DNA of 64,000 nt from Dehalococcoidia bacterium UBA1141 (GCA_002311385.1 DCAE01000047.1:36090-100089); one strand, 5' to 3'. Positions 1-10,236 are shown, counted from the first letter of the stretch. The notes: generated by a model from the letters alone, not told the origin. Made by a program: numbers and translations.

Positions 1-13
1 GTTTGAGCAACCC

Positions 14-349
14 ATGACCGACCACCCAAATTGCGTGTTCTGCCAGATTGTCGCTGGCCGGTCCCCTGCCCGCGTCAGGTACTTGGATGAAGACTTAATC
101 GTAATCGTAAATAAGTTGACCTGGGTACCAGTGATGCTTCTTGTGATGCCGAAACAACATATGCGGCAGAGCGAGATGTGGGAGAGCGGTCTAATGAATA
201 GACTGGGCGAGGTGGCGGTGGATATGGGATGGTCGATGGCGCCCAACGGCTTCCGGATACTCTCCAATTTTGGCCCGGACGGCCTGCAAAGCCAGAGCCA
301 CGCTCACATTCACGTCATCGGCGGGATGCCCCTCGGTGAATACGCTTAG
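14..349 (+). CDS. HIT (histidine triad) family nucleotide hydrolase
   Basis: N-terminal CVFC and C-terminal HAHIH triad followed by VIGG. Confidence 0.9.
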   Translation: MTDHPNCVFCQIVAGRSPARVRYLDEDLIVIVNKLTWVPVMLLVMPKQHMRQSEMWESGLMNRLGEVAVDMGWSMAPNGFRILSNFGPDGLQSQSHAHIHVIGGMPLGEYA

Positions 350-478
350 AGCCTCTCCTCTCTCCGTTACCAGCATGTGGATGGTAGACTTAATCCCGGA
401 TCTCTAATCGCCGCTATCCTTCCTGTATCCCTGCCCGAAGGGAGTGACTGCGGTTTTTAAGTCGATGCGGATCGAATT

Positions 479-928
479 ATGCTTCAAGTAAGTATTGAAA
501 AAGCCACACATTACGACCTGCCGCTGTTCGCCGAAATGGAACAAGTGGACGGGACCAGCGAGTTCATCAGCCAATACTCCCTTGATGAGCACCACAGGAA
601 GTTTAATGAACCGCAAATTACTTATCTTCGGATAACTAATGCTGGAGCAATAGTCGGTTTCTTTATTCTTGCGTTAGAACCCGACGGCACAAGCGTAGAG
701 TTCAGACGGATTGTCGTGTCTGACAAAGGCAATGGGATCGGACAGGTTGCGATAAGACAGATGGAAGAATTCTGCAAAGACGAGTTAGGTAGATCTCGCA
801 TCTGGCTCGATGTGTTGGAGACAAATTATATAGGACGACACATCTACGATAAGTTGGGGTACCAACAATTTGGCGAACAGGAGTCCCAAGGTGAACGTCT
901 GCTGTTATGTGAAAAGCAAATTCACTAG
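479..928 (+). CDS. GNAT family N-acetyltransferase
   Basis: KGNGIG acetyl-CoA motif, N-x-x-G-x-x-x-Y-x-K-L-G-Y C-terminal motif. Confidence 0.85.
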   Translation: MLQVSIEKATHYDLPLFAEMEQVDGTSEFISQYSLDEHHRKFNEPQITYLRITNAGAIVGFFILALEPDGTSVEFRRIVVSDKGNGIGQVAIRQMEEFCKDELGRSRIWLDVLETNYIGRHIYDKLGYQQFGEQESQGERLLLCEKQIH

Positions 929-987
929 CAGGATAAACTGAGAACCTTGAGGATTTTGGGAACTAAGAAAGAACAAAGAGGAGGAAT

Positions 988-1764
988 ATGGCCGAGACCG
1001 TTATTTACGAGAAGAAAAACCACGTAGTAATCATGACTATGAACCGTCCCGACGCACTAAATTCCATCAACAGGCAGTTGCGAAAGGAACTATCCGAAGC
1101 AATCACCCAGTTTGACGAAGACCTTGACGCCTACGTGGGAATCATTACGGGGGCTGGAAGGGCATTTTGCTCCGGCCGGGATTTGAAGGAGCGCGCCGCC
1201 GACAACGCCGAGGGCATTCAGGCTCGGGCGTCCCATAGCTTGACCCCGGACCGCCCATTCATGTTCCCGCAAACTTGGAAGCCCTTGATTGCTGCCGTGA
1301 ATGGTTTTGCCCTGGCCGGCGGCTGGTCCATTGCCCAGTTGTGCGACCTGCGCTTGGCTTCTGAGGACGCCAAGCTGGGCATAACCGAAACCAAATGGAG
1401 CTTGCTGCCGCCCTTTGGCACGATTCTGCCCAAGTCTATGCCCATGTCTGCCGTCTTGGAGTTGGTGTTCACTGCCCAGCCCGTAACCGCTCAAAGGGCC
1501 TATGATATGGGCTTCCTGAACAAAGTGGTACCAGCGGACAAGCTCATGGATGAGGCCATGGCCTTGGCCGAGCAGATTGCGGAAAACGCTCCTTTGGCGG
1601 TGCAGTACTTCAAGGAACTCGCCTACCGGGGCCAGAACATGACAGTACAAGACATCTCGGCGCTGACCTACCACATGTACGACGCGCTATTGACCACCGA
1701 GGACTCCAAAGAAGGGCCCAAAGCCTTCGCCGAGAAGCGCAAGCCTAAGTGGCAAGGGAAGTAG
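988..1764 (+). CDS. Enoyl-CoA hydratase/isomerase (crotonase family)
   Basis: MNRPDALN, AFCSGRDL, KPLIAAVNGFALAGG, EGPKAFAEKRKP; SD GAGGAGG upstream. Confidence 0.92.
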   Translation: MAETVIYEKKNHVVIMTMNRPDALNSINRQLRKELSEAITQFDEDLDAYVGIITGAGRAFCSGRDLKERAADNAEGIQARASHSLTPDRPFMFPQTWKPLIAAVNGFALAGGWSIAQLCDLRLASEDAKLGITETKWSLLPPFGTILPKSMPMSAVLELVFTAQPVTAQRAYDMGFLNKVVPADKLMDEAMALAEQIAENAPLAVQYFKELAYRGQNMTVQDISALTYHMYDALLTTEDSKEGPKAFAEKRKPKWQGK

Positions 1765-1770
1765 GGTAGC

Positions 1771-2937
1771 CTAAATCTGGTATTCGGGCCGGCGTAGCAA
1801 CTGCCGGGCGATTACTAGTCGCAGCACCTCATTGGTGCCCTCGCCGATAATCATCAGTGGGGCGTCGCGGTAGTAGCGCTCCACCGGAGAGTCTTTGATA
1901 AAGCCTGCGCCTCCGTGGATTCGCATCGCTTCCAGTGTTATCTCCTGGCAGGCTTCGCTGGCGAACAGCTTGGCCATGCCCGTCTCAAGGTCAACACGCT
2001 CTCCCCTGTCCTTCTTGGCGGCGGCGTCGTAGGTCAGCAGACGAGCAGCCTGGATCTTGGTTGCCATGTCGGCCAGTTTCAGTTGAATAGCTTGATGTTG
2101 GGAGATGGGCACACCGAAAGTTTCCCTTTGTTGGGAGTAGCGTATAGCGGCATTAAAGGCCGCTTGAGCCACACCAACCGCTCTTGCGGCAATGTTTATT
2201 CGACCCGTCTCCAGACCGCTCATTACTTGGCCGAATCCAAGTCCCTCTTCCCCTCCGATTAAATTGTCTTCGGGGATATGGAAGTTCTCAAAGAAGAGTT
2301 CACAGGTGTCCAAGCCCCTGTAGCCCATCTTGTCCAAATCCCGGCCAACCCGGAAGCCCGGGTCGCCTTTTTCTACGATGAAGCAACTGATCCCTTTGTG
2401 CTTGGTCTCAGCATCGGGGTCGGTACGAGCCAGCAAGCAGAAGGCGTCGCCGTAGCGACCGTTGGTGATAAACATCTTGGTGCCGTTGATGACGTACTCT
2501 TCGCCGTCCTTGTGGGCGGTTGTCTTCAGATTGGCCACATCGGTGCCCCCCTCGGGCTCGGTGAGGGCCAACCCACCCCTTATCTGACCCGAGGCCAGCT
2601 TTGGCAAGAAACGCTGTTTCTGCCCCTCTGTGCCGTAATGAGTTAAGACGTATGTCAGGATATGATGGGTACCGATCGCGCCGCTGAGGCTCATGAAGCC
2701 TTTGCTGATTTCCTCGAAAATCATGGCGAAGGTGGTGTAGTCCAAACCCATGCCGCCATATTTTTCCGGGACCGTAATGCCGAACAGGCCCAGCTCTTTC
2801 ATGGTGTTTATCAGTTCGTGCGGCGTCTCGTCGTCCCGGTCCAACTGGGCGGCCACGGGCTCAACATCGCGGCGCACAAACTCCCGCACCATGTTTACAA
2901 TCTGAGTTCTGGCTTCCTCGGGGGTTGAAGTTGTCAC
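1771..2937 (-). CDS. Acyl-CoA dehydrogenase
   Basis: ALTEPEGGTD, NGTKMFITNG, RIHGGAG, IGEGTNE motifs. Confidence 0.95.
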   Translation of the reverse strand: MTTSTPEEARTQIVNMVREFVRRDVEPVAAQLDRDDETPHELINTMKELGLFGITVPEKYGGMGLDYTTFAMIFEEISKGFMSLSGAIGTHHILTYVLTHYGTEGQKQRFLPKLASGQIRGGLALTEPEGGTDVANLKTTAHKDGEEYVINGTKMFITNGRYGDAFCLLARTDPDAETKHKGISCFIVEKGDPGFRVGRDLDKMGYRGLDTCELFFENFHIPEDNLIGGEEGLGFGQVMSGLETGRINIAARAVGVAQAAFNAAIRYSQQRETFGVPISQHQAIQLKLADMATKIQAARLLTYDAAAKKDRGERVDLETGMAKLFASEACQEITLEAMRIHGGAGFIKDSPVERYYRDAPLMIIGEGTNEVLRLVIARQLLRRPEYQI

Positions 2938-3101
2938 AAGAGGCTCCTTTTTGAGCTATCAGCAATCGGCGCTCAACAGTTTGCCAAAAGCCGAAGGGTT
3001 CGCTGGCAAAATTCCGGTGTGCCACGTCTGGGCGTCAATTCAGTCTATATTCAGGCCCTAATGCCGTCAAGAAATTGCAGTCTGGCGATGCACCCTTGGG
3101 C

Positions 3102-3437
3102 CTAGGAGGCCGTCGCTCCGGAGCGCCACGGCGGCGCCCAAAATACCAAGAGTTTCAAGTCTTGGGTGATGGAGTGAAAGCGGTGTTCCACGCCGATACC
3201 AACGAATATTGTTGAACCGACGGACACCGGCCTGTCCTCATCGTCGACGCGAATCATCCCCACTCCCTCCAAAACATAATAGACCTCTTCTTCGGTATGA
3301 GGGCTCTGAGGGTCTTTCTCGCCTGCGGGGATGACGTACAAGCCCAAACTCAGGGTCTCTGTGCGGAAAAACTCGTGGTATGGCCGGCCATCTTCCCGGT
3401 GTTGGGTTATGATGTCGGCTATTTCAAATGCGTCCAT
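3102..3437 (-). CDS. Cupin domain protein
   Basis: PHTEEEVYYVLEG and GVEHRF cupin motifs. Confidence 0.88.
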   Translation of the reverse strand: MDAFEIADIITQHREDGRPYHEFFRTETLSLGLYVIPAGEKDPQSPHTEEEVYYVLEGVGMIRVDDEDRPVSVGSTIFVGIGVEHRFHSITQDLKLLVFWAPPWRSGATAS

Positions 3438-3630
3438 AATTCAACTCGATTCCAGGCTCGAATTCAGGCCATATTCGGCAACGGCGTTGAGTATAGCATA
3501 GGTTCGAAACGCTCCCCCTGACCGCGCTGAGACCCTTATTTATCAGTCACAAATGCGTGGCCGAATGTGCGGCGGTATGGTACCGTTTATGTCAACCTGG
3601 TAATGTCCGAGACGCGGGCTACTAACAACA

Positions 3631-6600
3631 ATGGCTCATAAACGGCGAGCATTGGAAACCCTCGAACTTGCGGCCCAAGCGCTGGCCAACGCTCTCAATC
3701 TACCTGCGCCCAGAGGGCAAGTAGAGCGGGAAGCCCTATGCCGGGCGGCTCTGGTTGTTCTGGAAGCTCCTGACCTGGAAGGTGTGGCCCTGAACTCTCG
3801 GCAGTGGCTAGCCCAGAGCGAAGAACTGGGCGCTCTGATAAACGCGGGTGTATCACTTGGGCGCCTCCACCGTGAATTTGATCGGGCAATCATGCCCGGT
3901 GCTTGGGATTTAAACCTTCAGGCACTGAGGAGAACCCTGGTCGATAAAGGCGAGGGATTAACCCGCAGGCTGTCCCGGGAGTACCGCAGCGCCGAGAAGC
4001 AACTGTCCGGTCTGTTTCATCAGCCACGGCCCTCGGACCTGACCACCCGGCTGAAGCTCATTGACACCATCGCCGAGGCTCGCCAGTACCAGGACTTCGT
4101 CAACCAACTGGATTCCCTGGGCGCAGAATTATTCGGACTCAAGTGGAACGGTCAAGCCTCAGAATGGGAGACGCTCTCTCAATTATTTCAATGGATACAA
4201 GATCTTCACAGCAGGGTCGAAAGCGGCTCGGCTCCCGGTGGAATCGTAGATTATCTGTCGGGGAATCCTGATAAATACTTGCTTGGGCCTTTAGTCAGCG
4301 CTGTTGAAGAAGCTACCGGGGCGCACGCCACCAGTGCGTCTGCCATTCGCAAGGGGTTGGAGTCGGCTCGCAAAGAATTGCTTGATCTCGGCCTGCGAAA
4401 CCCCTTGCTCAACTACCGGCTGCTCCGCACCCGAGGGTTGGAGGTGGTGGGCGAGGTGCCAGCAGAGGTCTACCGGCTGCTAACGGCCGATGGGAAGTCT
4501 ATGTCTTTCCTTCCTGCTCCAGAGTTTGAAGACTCCACCCAAGAAACCGCTCAAGTAACCGCCGACGCTCTGGGACAACCCCCGGAGCAAGAGTTAGCAG
4601 AGCAACAGTCAGCCGAGCAAGAGTTAGCAGACCAGGAGTCAGCCGAGGAGCAAGGAACTGTCGATGGCCCGACCACCCGGCACACAGACTCCAGACTTCA
4701 AACGGCACTATCGTCGGAAGAATTGCAATCCAGATTGCTATCCACTTACCACTTGGCCAACACCTTCATTCAAGAGCAGGGTGTTAATACATTATTCCTA
4801 ACCTTGGGCATGCTTGTCTGGCGGGAAGGCGACGGCGACGAACCGAGAAAGGCTCCTTTGGTGCTGGTTCCTGTTGCCTTGGACCGCACAAACGTTAGAA
4901 CCAGATTCCAATTGCGCTACACCGGTGACGACCCCGGAGACAACCTTTCTCTGAGGGAACGGTTGCGCAGCGAGTTTGGAGTTGACCTGCCCCATTTGGC
5001 CGAACAGGATGATACGGAAGACCTGGATATCGTCGCCTACCTTGACGCCGTGGCCGACGCCACGAAGGAATTCCCAGAGTGGTCCGTAGATCGAAGCAGC
5101 GTTGTCTTGGGATTCTTTTCCTTCAACAAGTTTTTGATGTACCGGGACTTGGACACGGAAATCTGGCCGGACAGCGTAAAGCCCGAAGAGCATTCTGTCA
5201 TGGGCGCTCTGCTCAGCGATGGATTCAGTGAGCCAGCGCCGTCAATCAGCAACGACGAGCACTTGGACCAATACCTGCCGCCCAGTCGGGTGCACCACGT
5301 GGTTGATGCGGACAGTTCCCAGACGCTGGTATTGGTGGACGTGAACGACGGCCGGAACCTGATTGTCCAGGGTCCACCGGGCACCGGCAAGTCCCAAACC
5401 ATCACCAACATGATTGCGGAAGCCCTAGGCCATGGACGTACCGTTCTCTTTGTGTCGGAAAAGATGGCCGCCTTGGAGGTGGTCAAGCGCCGACTCGACG
5501 GCATCGGTTTGGGTGACGCTTGCTTGGAACTCCACAGCCATAAATCCACCAAGAAAACGGTGCTGGACGAGCTTGAGAGAACGTTGGAACTGGGCAGACC
5601 ACGGTTGGGCCAGATTGAGTCGGATTTGGACACGCTGACCACACTGCGGGACCGCTTAAACTCCTACTGCGAGGCGGTTAATACCCCGGTGGGCGACACG
5701 GCTGTTAGTCCGTACGCGGCGTATGGTGAGCTGAGTTTGCTCCGGCAACGCACCGGGGCTGTCCAACTGCCAAAGTTAGAGTTGCCTTCCGCGGACCTGA
5801 ATTCCGTGGAGATGTGGTCCGATGGCGAATTCCGTAGCCGGCAGGAAAAAGTCAAGGAGTTGCAAGCCCGACTGGCTACCATTGGTGTGCCCAAAGACCA
5901 TCCATTTTGGGGAACAAGTTACCGAGTGTTGCTGCCAACGGACTTGGACCGAATTAGAATTTCTTTGCCTCCGGCCCAAGTATCTTTGGAATCGGTAATC
6001 AATGCGGCGGAGAGCTTGGCCGAATCCATGAGTCTCGCTGGCCCACCCGGCATCGTAGAAGCCCAAGGATTGTGCTTGACCGTGGACCGAATCTTAGAAG
6101 CGCCGGAATTAGCCGGTTGGAACATTCGGGCCGAGGAGTGGCGGACTCAACGGGAAGAGTTGGATTCGTTATTGGAAGCTGGCCTCCATTTCTCCAGCCT
6201 GCGGGCAAAGTATCAAGATATTCTGAAGCCCGAGTCATGGAGCTTGGACCTAGCTGACCTAAAGGAACTTTTGAATAGTAAAGGGCGCCAGATGTGGCGT
6301 TTAGTGTCCAAGGAATACCGTCAGGGAAAGTCACGATTGGGCAGTCTATGCCAGAACTCTCCGCCATCGGGATTATCAGCCCAACTGGAGATGTTGGACG
6401 CAATAGACGAGTCCCGGAGATTGAAAGATGCCATTACTGCCGCAGACTCGCTTGGGCGGAGCGTCTACGGCTCCGTATGGCAAATAGAAAGCTCCGATTG
6501 GGACTCTCTTTCCGCCGGCAGCCGTTGGCTATGGCAGTTGTGGGTAGATGTGGAACTGGGGAATTTGCCAAAGGAGATTGTGGATTTCTTGGCGGAAGGC

Positions 6601-9123
6601 CGCTCGACCCTAGGCTTGGCGGAAGCGTCCGGTTCAGTCGTGGAAGCAATATCAGAATACCAGCGAATTATTGCCGCAGTGGTGGAAGCGATGAACCTGG
6701 ATCTGGCCAAACGATATCCCAGCGATCTTGGATTCGAGGGCCAAACGTTCCATGACCAAAAATCAACGCTGGATGCTTGGGGTGAGCGGCTAAACGACAT
6801 CCACGACATGGTTGGCTTCAACAACATCTCCGATGACTGCGCCAGTTTCGGTTTGGGCGCGGTTGTCTCGGTGGCAGAAAGTTGGAATGACGCAAACCTT
6901 CATCTGATGGATGCTTTCTTGCTTGCTCGCTATGAAGCTATCCTGGGAGAATCCTTGGAAAAACGCGATGCGTTGCGGGGGTTCGACGGGGCCAACCATA
7001 ACCGGCTAATCCAACAATTCCGGGAATTGGACACATTATCCTTGGAGCACAACCGGTCGCGGCTGGCTTTGGCTCATTGGGAAGGGCTGCCCAGACAGGA
7101 CGGCGTCGGCCAATTGGCGGTGCTGAAAAGGGAATTCCAGAAGCGCAGCAGGCAACTACCAATAAGACAACTGATTGCCCGGGCGGGAAACGCAGTCCAA
7201 GCGATTAAACCCGTGTTCATGATGAGTCCCCTTTCCATCGCCACCTACATTCCACCGGGCAGCTTGAAGTTCGACTTGGTGGTTTTTGACGAGGCCAGCC
7301 AGGTCAGGCCGGTCGATGCTTTCGGAGCGATTCTCCGCGCCGGGCAGTCGGTAGTTGTTGGTGACAGCCAACAACTACCGCCCACCAGTTTTTTTGACAC
7401 CATGACCCTAGGCAACGAAGACGATGAGGAAAACAACACTTCAAACATCGAAAGCGTATTGGGATTGTTCGCAGCCCAAAGCGCCCCAGACCGGATGTTG
7501 CGCTGGCATTACCGAAGCCGCCACGAGTCGCTGATTGCGGTTTCCAATCAGGAGTTTTACAAGAATAGCCTGGTGGTTTTCCCCAGTCCCGATGCCGAAC
7601 GGAAAGACTCCGGGCTCAAATGCCATCTATTGCCCGACACAGCTTACGATAGGGGAGGGAGCAGGACCAACCAACTGGAGGCGGAGGCAGTTGCCACCTC
7701 TGTCATGGAGCACGCCTCCAAACATCCAAGCTTGACCTTGGGAGTGGCTGCCTTTAGCGTGGCCCAGATGCGGGCCATCCAGGACGCGGTGGAGAAACGG
7801 CGGAGAAGCGACCCCTCGATGGAGAGATTTTTTGCCGCCCACCCAGACGAGCCATTCTTTGTAAAAAACCTGGAGACGGTCCAGGGCGATGAGCGGGATG
7901 TTATTTTTATCAGCATTGGCTACGGCAAGGACACCGAAGGGCATGTGGCCATGAACTTCGGACCTCTGAACTGGGATGGCGGGGAACGGCGTTTGAACGT
8001 GCTCATCACCAGGGCGCGACAGCGCTGCGAAGTGTTCACCAACTTGTCGCCTGAAGACATAGACGTTAGCCGAACATCCGCTCCCGGCGTCCACGCTCTG
8101 AAAACCTTCCTGGCTTTTGCGGCGGCGGCTGATACCAGCGGAGTCGCCGATATCAGTAACGAGCCTGGTTCGTCTTTGGAGCAAGCTGTGGCACGCTCAC
8201 TTACTGAAGCAGGTTACCAACTGCGCCCCCAAGTTGGTGCCGCTGGCCACTGGGTAGACTTGGCCGTAGTCGACCCTGAGCAATCAGGACGATACCTGAT
8301 GGGCATAGAAACCGATGGTGAAACCTACCACAACTCGCGATCGTCCAGGGACCGAGACCGCCTGAGAGAGCAGGTACTAAACGGCCTGGGATGGCAGATT
8401 CACCACATCTGGAGCACCGACTGGTTCAATCATCCGGACAGAGAACTTAAAAGGGTGGCAGAGGCGATAGAGGCGGCCAAGAATGAAGGGTCGGTCCACA
8501 GGGAAATCACTGCGGATAGTTCTCCGATTCAAAGGGAGGGCGCGCCGGTTGAGCTTGAGGTGGAGGTAATACCGGAGTATCTGCTGGCAACACCCAAAGC
8601 TGCCTTTAGGGATACCGGATTTCCTCCGGAAGCTGACCCGGCTTTGGCGGTGTGGGTCGCACAGGTCGTTGACGTGGAAAGCCCGATTCACTTGGCCGAG
8701 GTGGCTCACCGCATTGCCGATGCTGCCGGAGTGCGTCGAGTAAAGCGTTACCAGGAAGCCATGAATAGGGCAATCGAAAATGTGGTAGCTTCCGGCAGCG
8801 TCACGATAAATGGTGAATTCCTATGGCGGTCCGGCATGACCGAACCAACAATGCGTGACCGGAGCAAACTGCCGGTTTCATCCAAGAAAATCGAGTTCGT
8901 CGCTCCGGAGGAGTTGGCGGTGGCGGTGCGCCGCGTGGTAGCGGGGTCATACGGCATCGCATTCGAAGAAATTACCAGCCCCGCAGTAAAGCTCCTGGGA
9001 TTTGGCAGAGTCACCAGCGACATGCGTAGCATTGTGGAGGCGCTGATAACCCATATGGTGACGGATGGAACGCTGGTCCGCCAGGGCGACTTGCTGCTGA
9101 TTTTCAACGATCATCCAGACTAA
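3631..9123 (+). CDS. DUF4011 - SF1 (Upf1/Dna2-like) helicase - Vsr/very-short-patch-like nuclease - DUF3320 protein (Hhe-like defence protein)
   Basis: LLDLGLRNPLLN (DUF4011), GPPGTGKSQT Walker A, FDEASQ Walker B, GDSQQLPP, WHYRSRHESLI, VQGDERD, RLNVLITRAR, IETDGETYH...RDRDRLR...GWQIHHIWSTDW nuclease, C-terminal LLGFGR (DUF3320-like). Confidence 0.88.
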   Translation: MAHKRRALETLELAAQALANALNLPAPRGQVEREALCRAALVVLEAPDLEGVALNSRQWLAQSEELGALINAGVSLGRLHREFDRAIMPGAWDLNLQALRRTLVDKGEGLTRRLSREYRSAEKQLSGLFHQPRPSDLTTRLKLIDTIAEARQYQDFVNQLDSLGAELFGLKWNGQASEWETLSQLFQWIQDLHSRVESGSAPGGIVDYLSGNPDKYLLGPLVSAVEEATGAHATSASAIRKGLESARKELLDLGLRNPLLNYRLLRTRGLEVVGEVPAEVYRLLTADGKSMSFLPAPEFEDSTQETAQVTADALGQPPEQELAEQQSAEQELADQESAEEQGTVDGPTTRHTDSRLQTALSSEELQSRLLSTYHLANTFIQEQGVNTLFLTLGMLVWREGDGDEPRKAPLVLVPVALDRTNVRTRFQLRYTGDDPGDNLSLRERLRSEFGVDLPHLAEQDDTEDLDIVAYLDAVADATKEFPEWSVDRSSVVLGFFSFNKFLMYRDLDTEIWPDSVKPEEHSVMGALLSDGFSEPAPSISNDEHLDQYLPPSRVHHVVDADSSQTLVLVDVNDGRNLIVQGPPGTGKSQTITNMIAEALGHGRTVLFVSEKMAALEVVKRRLDGIGLGDACLELHSHKSTKKTVLDELERTLELGRPRLGQIESDLDTLTTLRDRLNSYCEAVNTPVGDTAVSPYAAYGELSLLRQRTGAVQLPKLELPSADLNSVEMWSDGEFRSRQEKVKELQARLATIGVPKDHPFWGTSYRVLLPTDLDRIRISLPPAQVSLESVINAAESLAESMSLAGPPGIVEAQGLCLTVDRILEAPELAGWNIRAEEWRTQREELDSLLEAGLHFSSLRAKYQDILKPESWSLDLADLKELLNSKGRQMWRLVSKEYRQGKSRLGSLCQNSPPSGLSAQLEMLDAIDESRRLKDAITAADSLGRSVYGSVWQIESSDWDSLSAGSRWLWQLWVDVELGNLPKEIVDFLAEGRSTLGLAEASGSVVEAISEYQRIIAAVVEAMNLDLAKRYPSDLGFEGQTFHDQKSTLDAWGERLNDIHDMVGFNNISDDCASFGLGAVVSVAESWNDANLHLMDAFLLARYEAILGESLEKRDALRGFDGANHNRLIQQFRELDTLSLEHNRSRLALAHWEGLPRQDGVGQLAVLKREFQKRSRQLPIRQLIARAGNAVQAIKPVFMMSPLSIATYIPPGSLKFDLVVFDEASQVRPVDAFGAILRAGQSVVVGDSQQLPPTSFFDTMTLGNEDDEENNTSNIESVLGLFAAQSAPDRMLRWHYRSRHESLIAVSNQEFYKNSLVVFPSPDAERKDSGLKCHLLPDTAYDRGGSRTNQLEAEAVATSVMEHASKHPSLTLGVAAFSVAQMRAIQDAVEKRRRSDPSMERFFAAHPDEPFFVKNLETVQGDERDVIFISIGYGKDTEGHVAMNFGPLNWDGGERRLNVLITRARQRCEVFTNLSPEDIDVSRTSAPGVHALKTFLAFAAAADTSGVADISNEPGSSLEQAVARSLTEAGYQLRPQVGAAGHWVDLAVVDPEQSGRYLMGIETDGETYHNSRSSRDRDRLREQVLNGLGWQIHHIWSTDWFNHPDRELKRVAEAIEAAKNEGSVHREITADSSPIQREGAPVELEVEVIPEYLLATPKAAFRDTGFPPEADPALAVWVAQVVDVESPIHLAEVAHRIADAAGVRRVKRYQEAMNRAIENVVASGSVTINGEFLWRSGMTEPTMRDRSKLPVSSKKIEFVAPEELAVAVRRVVAGSYGIAFEEITSPAVKLLGFGRVTSDMRSIVEALITHMVTDGTLVRQGDLLLIFNDHPD
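4585..4647 (+). repeat. In-frame 30-bp tandem repeat (two copies plus a partial third) encoding EQELAEQQSA/EQELADQESA
   Basis: gagcaagagttagcagagcaacagtcagcc followed by gagcaagagttagcagaccaggagtcagcc. Confidence 0.9.
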
Positions 9124-9180
9124 CGTTGCGCCATCTCGTCGCTCATTCTCAAAGAAGAGCGCCTTGATGGCGGCGCCACA

Positions 9181-9771
9181 TCACGCCAGGTGGATGAGCC
9201 TCACTCCCTGAATCACCTTGGTGGGAATTGGTTCGATTGCCCGCAGTCCCGCTGAGAAAACGCAGGCAATTGCCACCCCTATCAGCCCTCCGGCAATCAC
9301 ATCGCTGGGGAAGAATAAGCCGTTGTACACCCGCGTAAAACTCCACAGGGCAGCCAGCAAGAATGGAAGCGCCGAGGCCCGCCGGTTACGCCACCAGATT
9401 GCCATGGCAAAAGCAAAAGCCACCGCCGCAGGATTTGCCGGAAATGAGGAGTCTGTTGGCGCATATAGAAGGTTGGACAATTCGTACTGCATGAACGGCC
9501 TTTCCCGGAACCCGACTTGGTTCATCAGTAACACCGCGAGGTTGGCAAAACCCAAGGATATCGCAGCAGCCAGCACGCCTTTTTGATTGTTGATTCGCTC
9601 AGCCAAGTCTTTCCCGTGGAACCACAGACCCAGTCCCCAGAAGCACATAATCACGGGGACGAAGTAATCGCTGACAATAAGATACGTTATGCGGTCCAGC
9701 AGGTAATAACGGCCGATGCCCTGATTCAGCCAAGTGACGATATCGCCGTCGATATTCAGAAAGGCATCCAA
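9181..9771 (-). CDS. PAP2/BcrC-like membrane phosphatase homolog with degenerate catalytic motifs
   Basis: RERPF, SSFPANP, TRVYNGLFFPSD; multiple TM segments; TTG start at 9771 chosen from upstream GGAG. Confidence 0.75.
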   Translation of the reverse strand: MDAFLNIDGDIVTWLNQGIGRYYLLDRITYLIVSDYFVPVIMCFWGLGLWFHGKDLAERINNQKGVLAAAISLGFANLAVLLMNQVGFRERPFMQYELSNLLYAPTDSSFPANPAAVAFAFAMAIWWRNRRASALPFLLAALWSFTRVYNGLFFPSDVIAGGLIGVAIACVFSAGLRAIEPIPTKVIQGVRLIHLA

Positions 9772-9802
9772 ACAAAACACTCCAGCCTCTGTTGGAAGCA
9801 GG

Positions 9803-10228
9803 TTAATGCAGAGTCGAACCACCGGCGCCGAGACGACGAATCAGCCGGAACATTAGCGACAAGAAAGTAGTCTCTTTAAGTGCGTCCAGGCCTTCCGGCA
9901 ATTCCCGTTGACGCGCCCCAAATTTCAGTTGGCGCAAAGATGCCACGATTAGTGTAATCGCCAATCCCGTACCGGAACCGGCGAAGAAATAGGCGAATTG
10001 CTCATTGCCGTTCATTCCCAAGTCGCTGTCGGGAACGTTGCGGTCCTGGGAAAGGAAGAACCAAGCGAATGCGCCAATCAACGCCGCCGCACCGATACAG
10101 GTTGAGGCGAAACGGTTATCGGAAAAAGTCATACCGCGGTACCCATGGAGCGCCCCGACAATCTGAAACAATCCACAGGAAGCAACGAGGACCAGAAGGT
10201 AGTAGTCCAGAATGAATGAGCCGGTCAA
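9803..10228 (-). CDS. Hypothetical membrane protein (3 predicted TM segments)
   Basis: Hydrophobic part of ORF 9803..10570; TTG start just after the plsY stop; the upstream part overlaps plsY and is not credible. Confidence 0.6.
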   Translation of the reverse strand: MTGSFILDYYLLVLVASCGLFQIVGALHGYRGMTFSDNRFASTCIGAAALIGAFAWFFLSQDRNVPDSDLGMNGNEQFAYFFAGSGTGLAITLIVASLRQLKFGARQRELPEGLDALKETTFLSLMFRLIRRLGAGGSTLH

Positions 10229-10236
10229 GGAGATAG

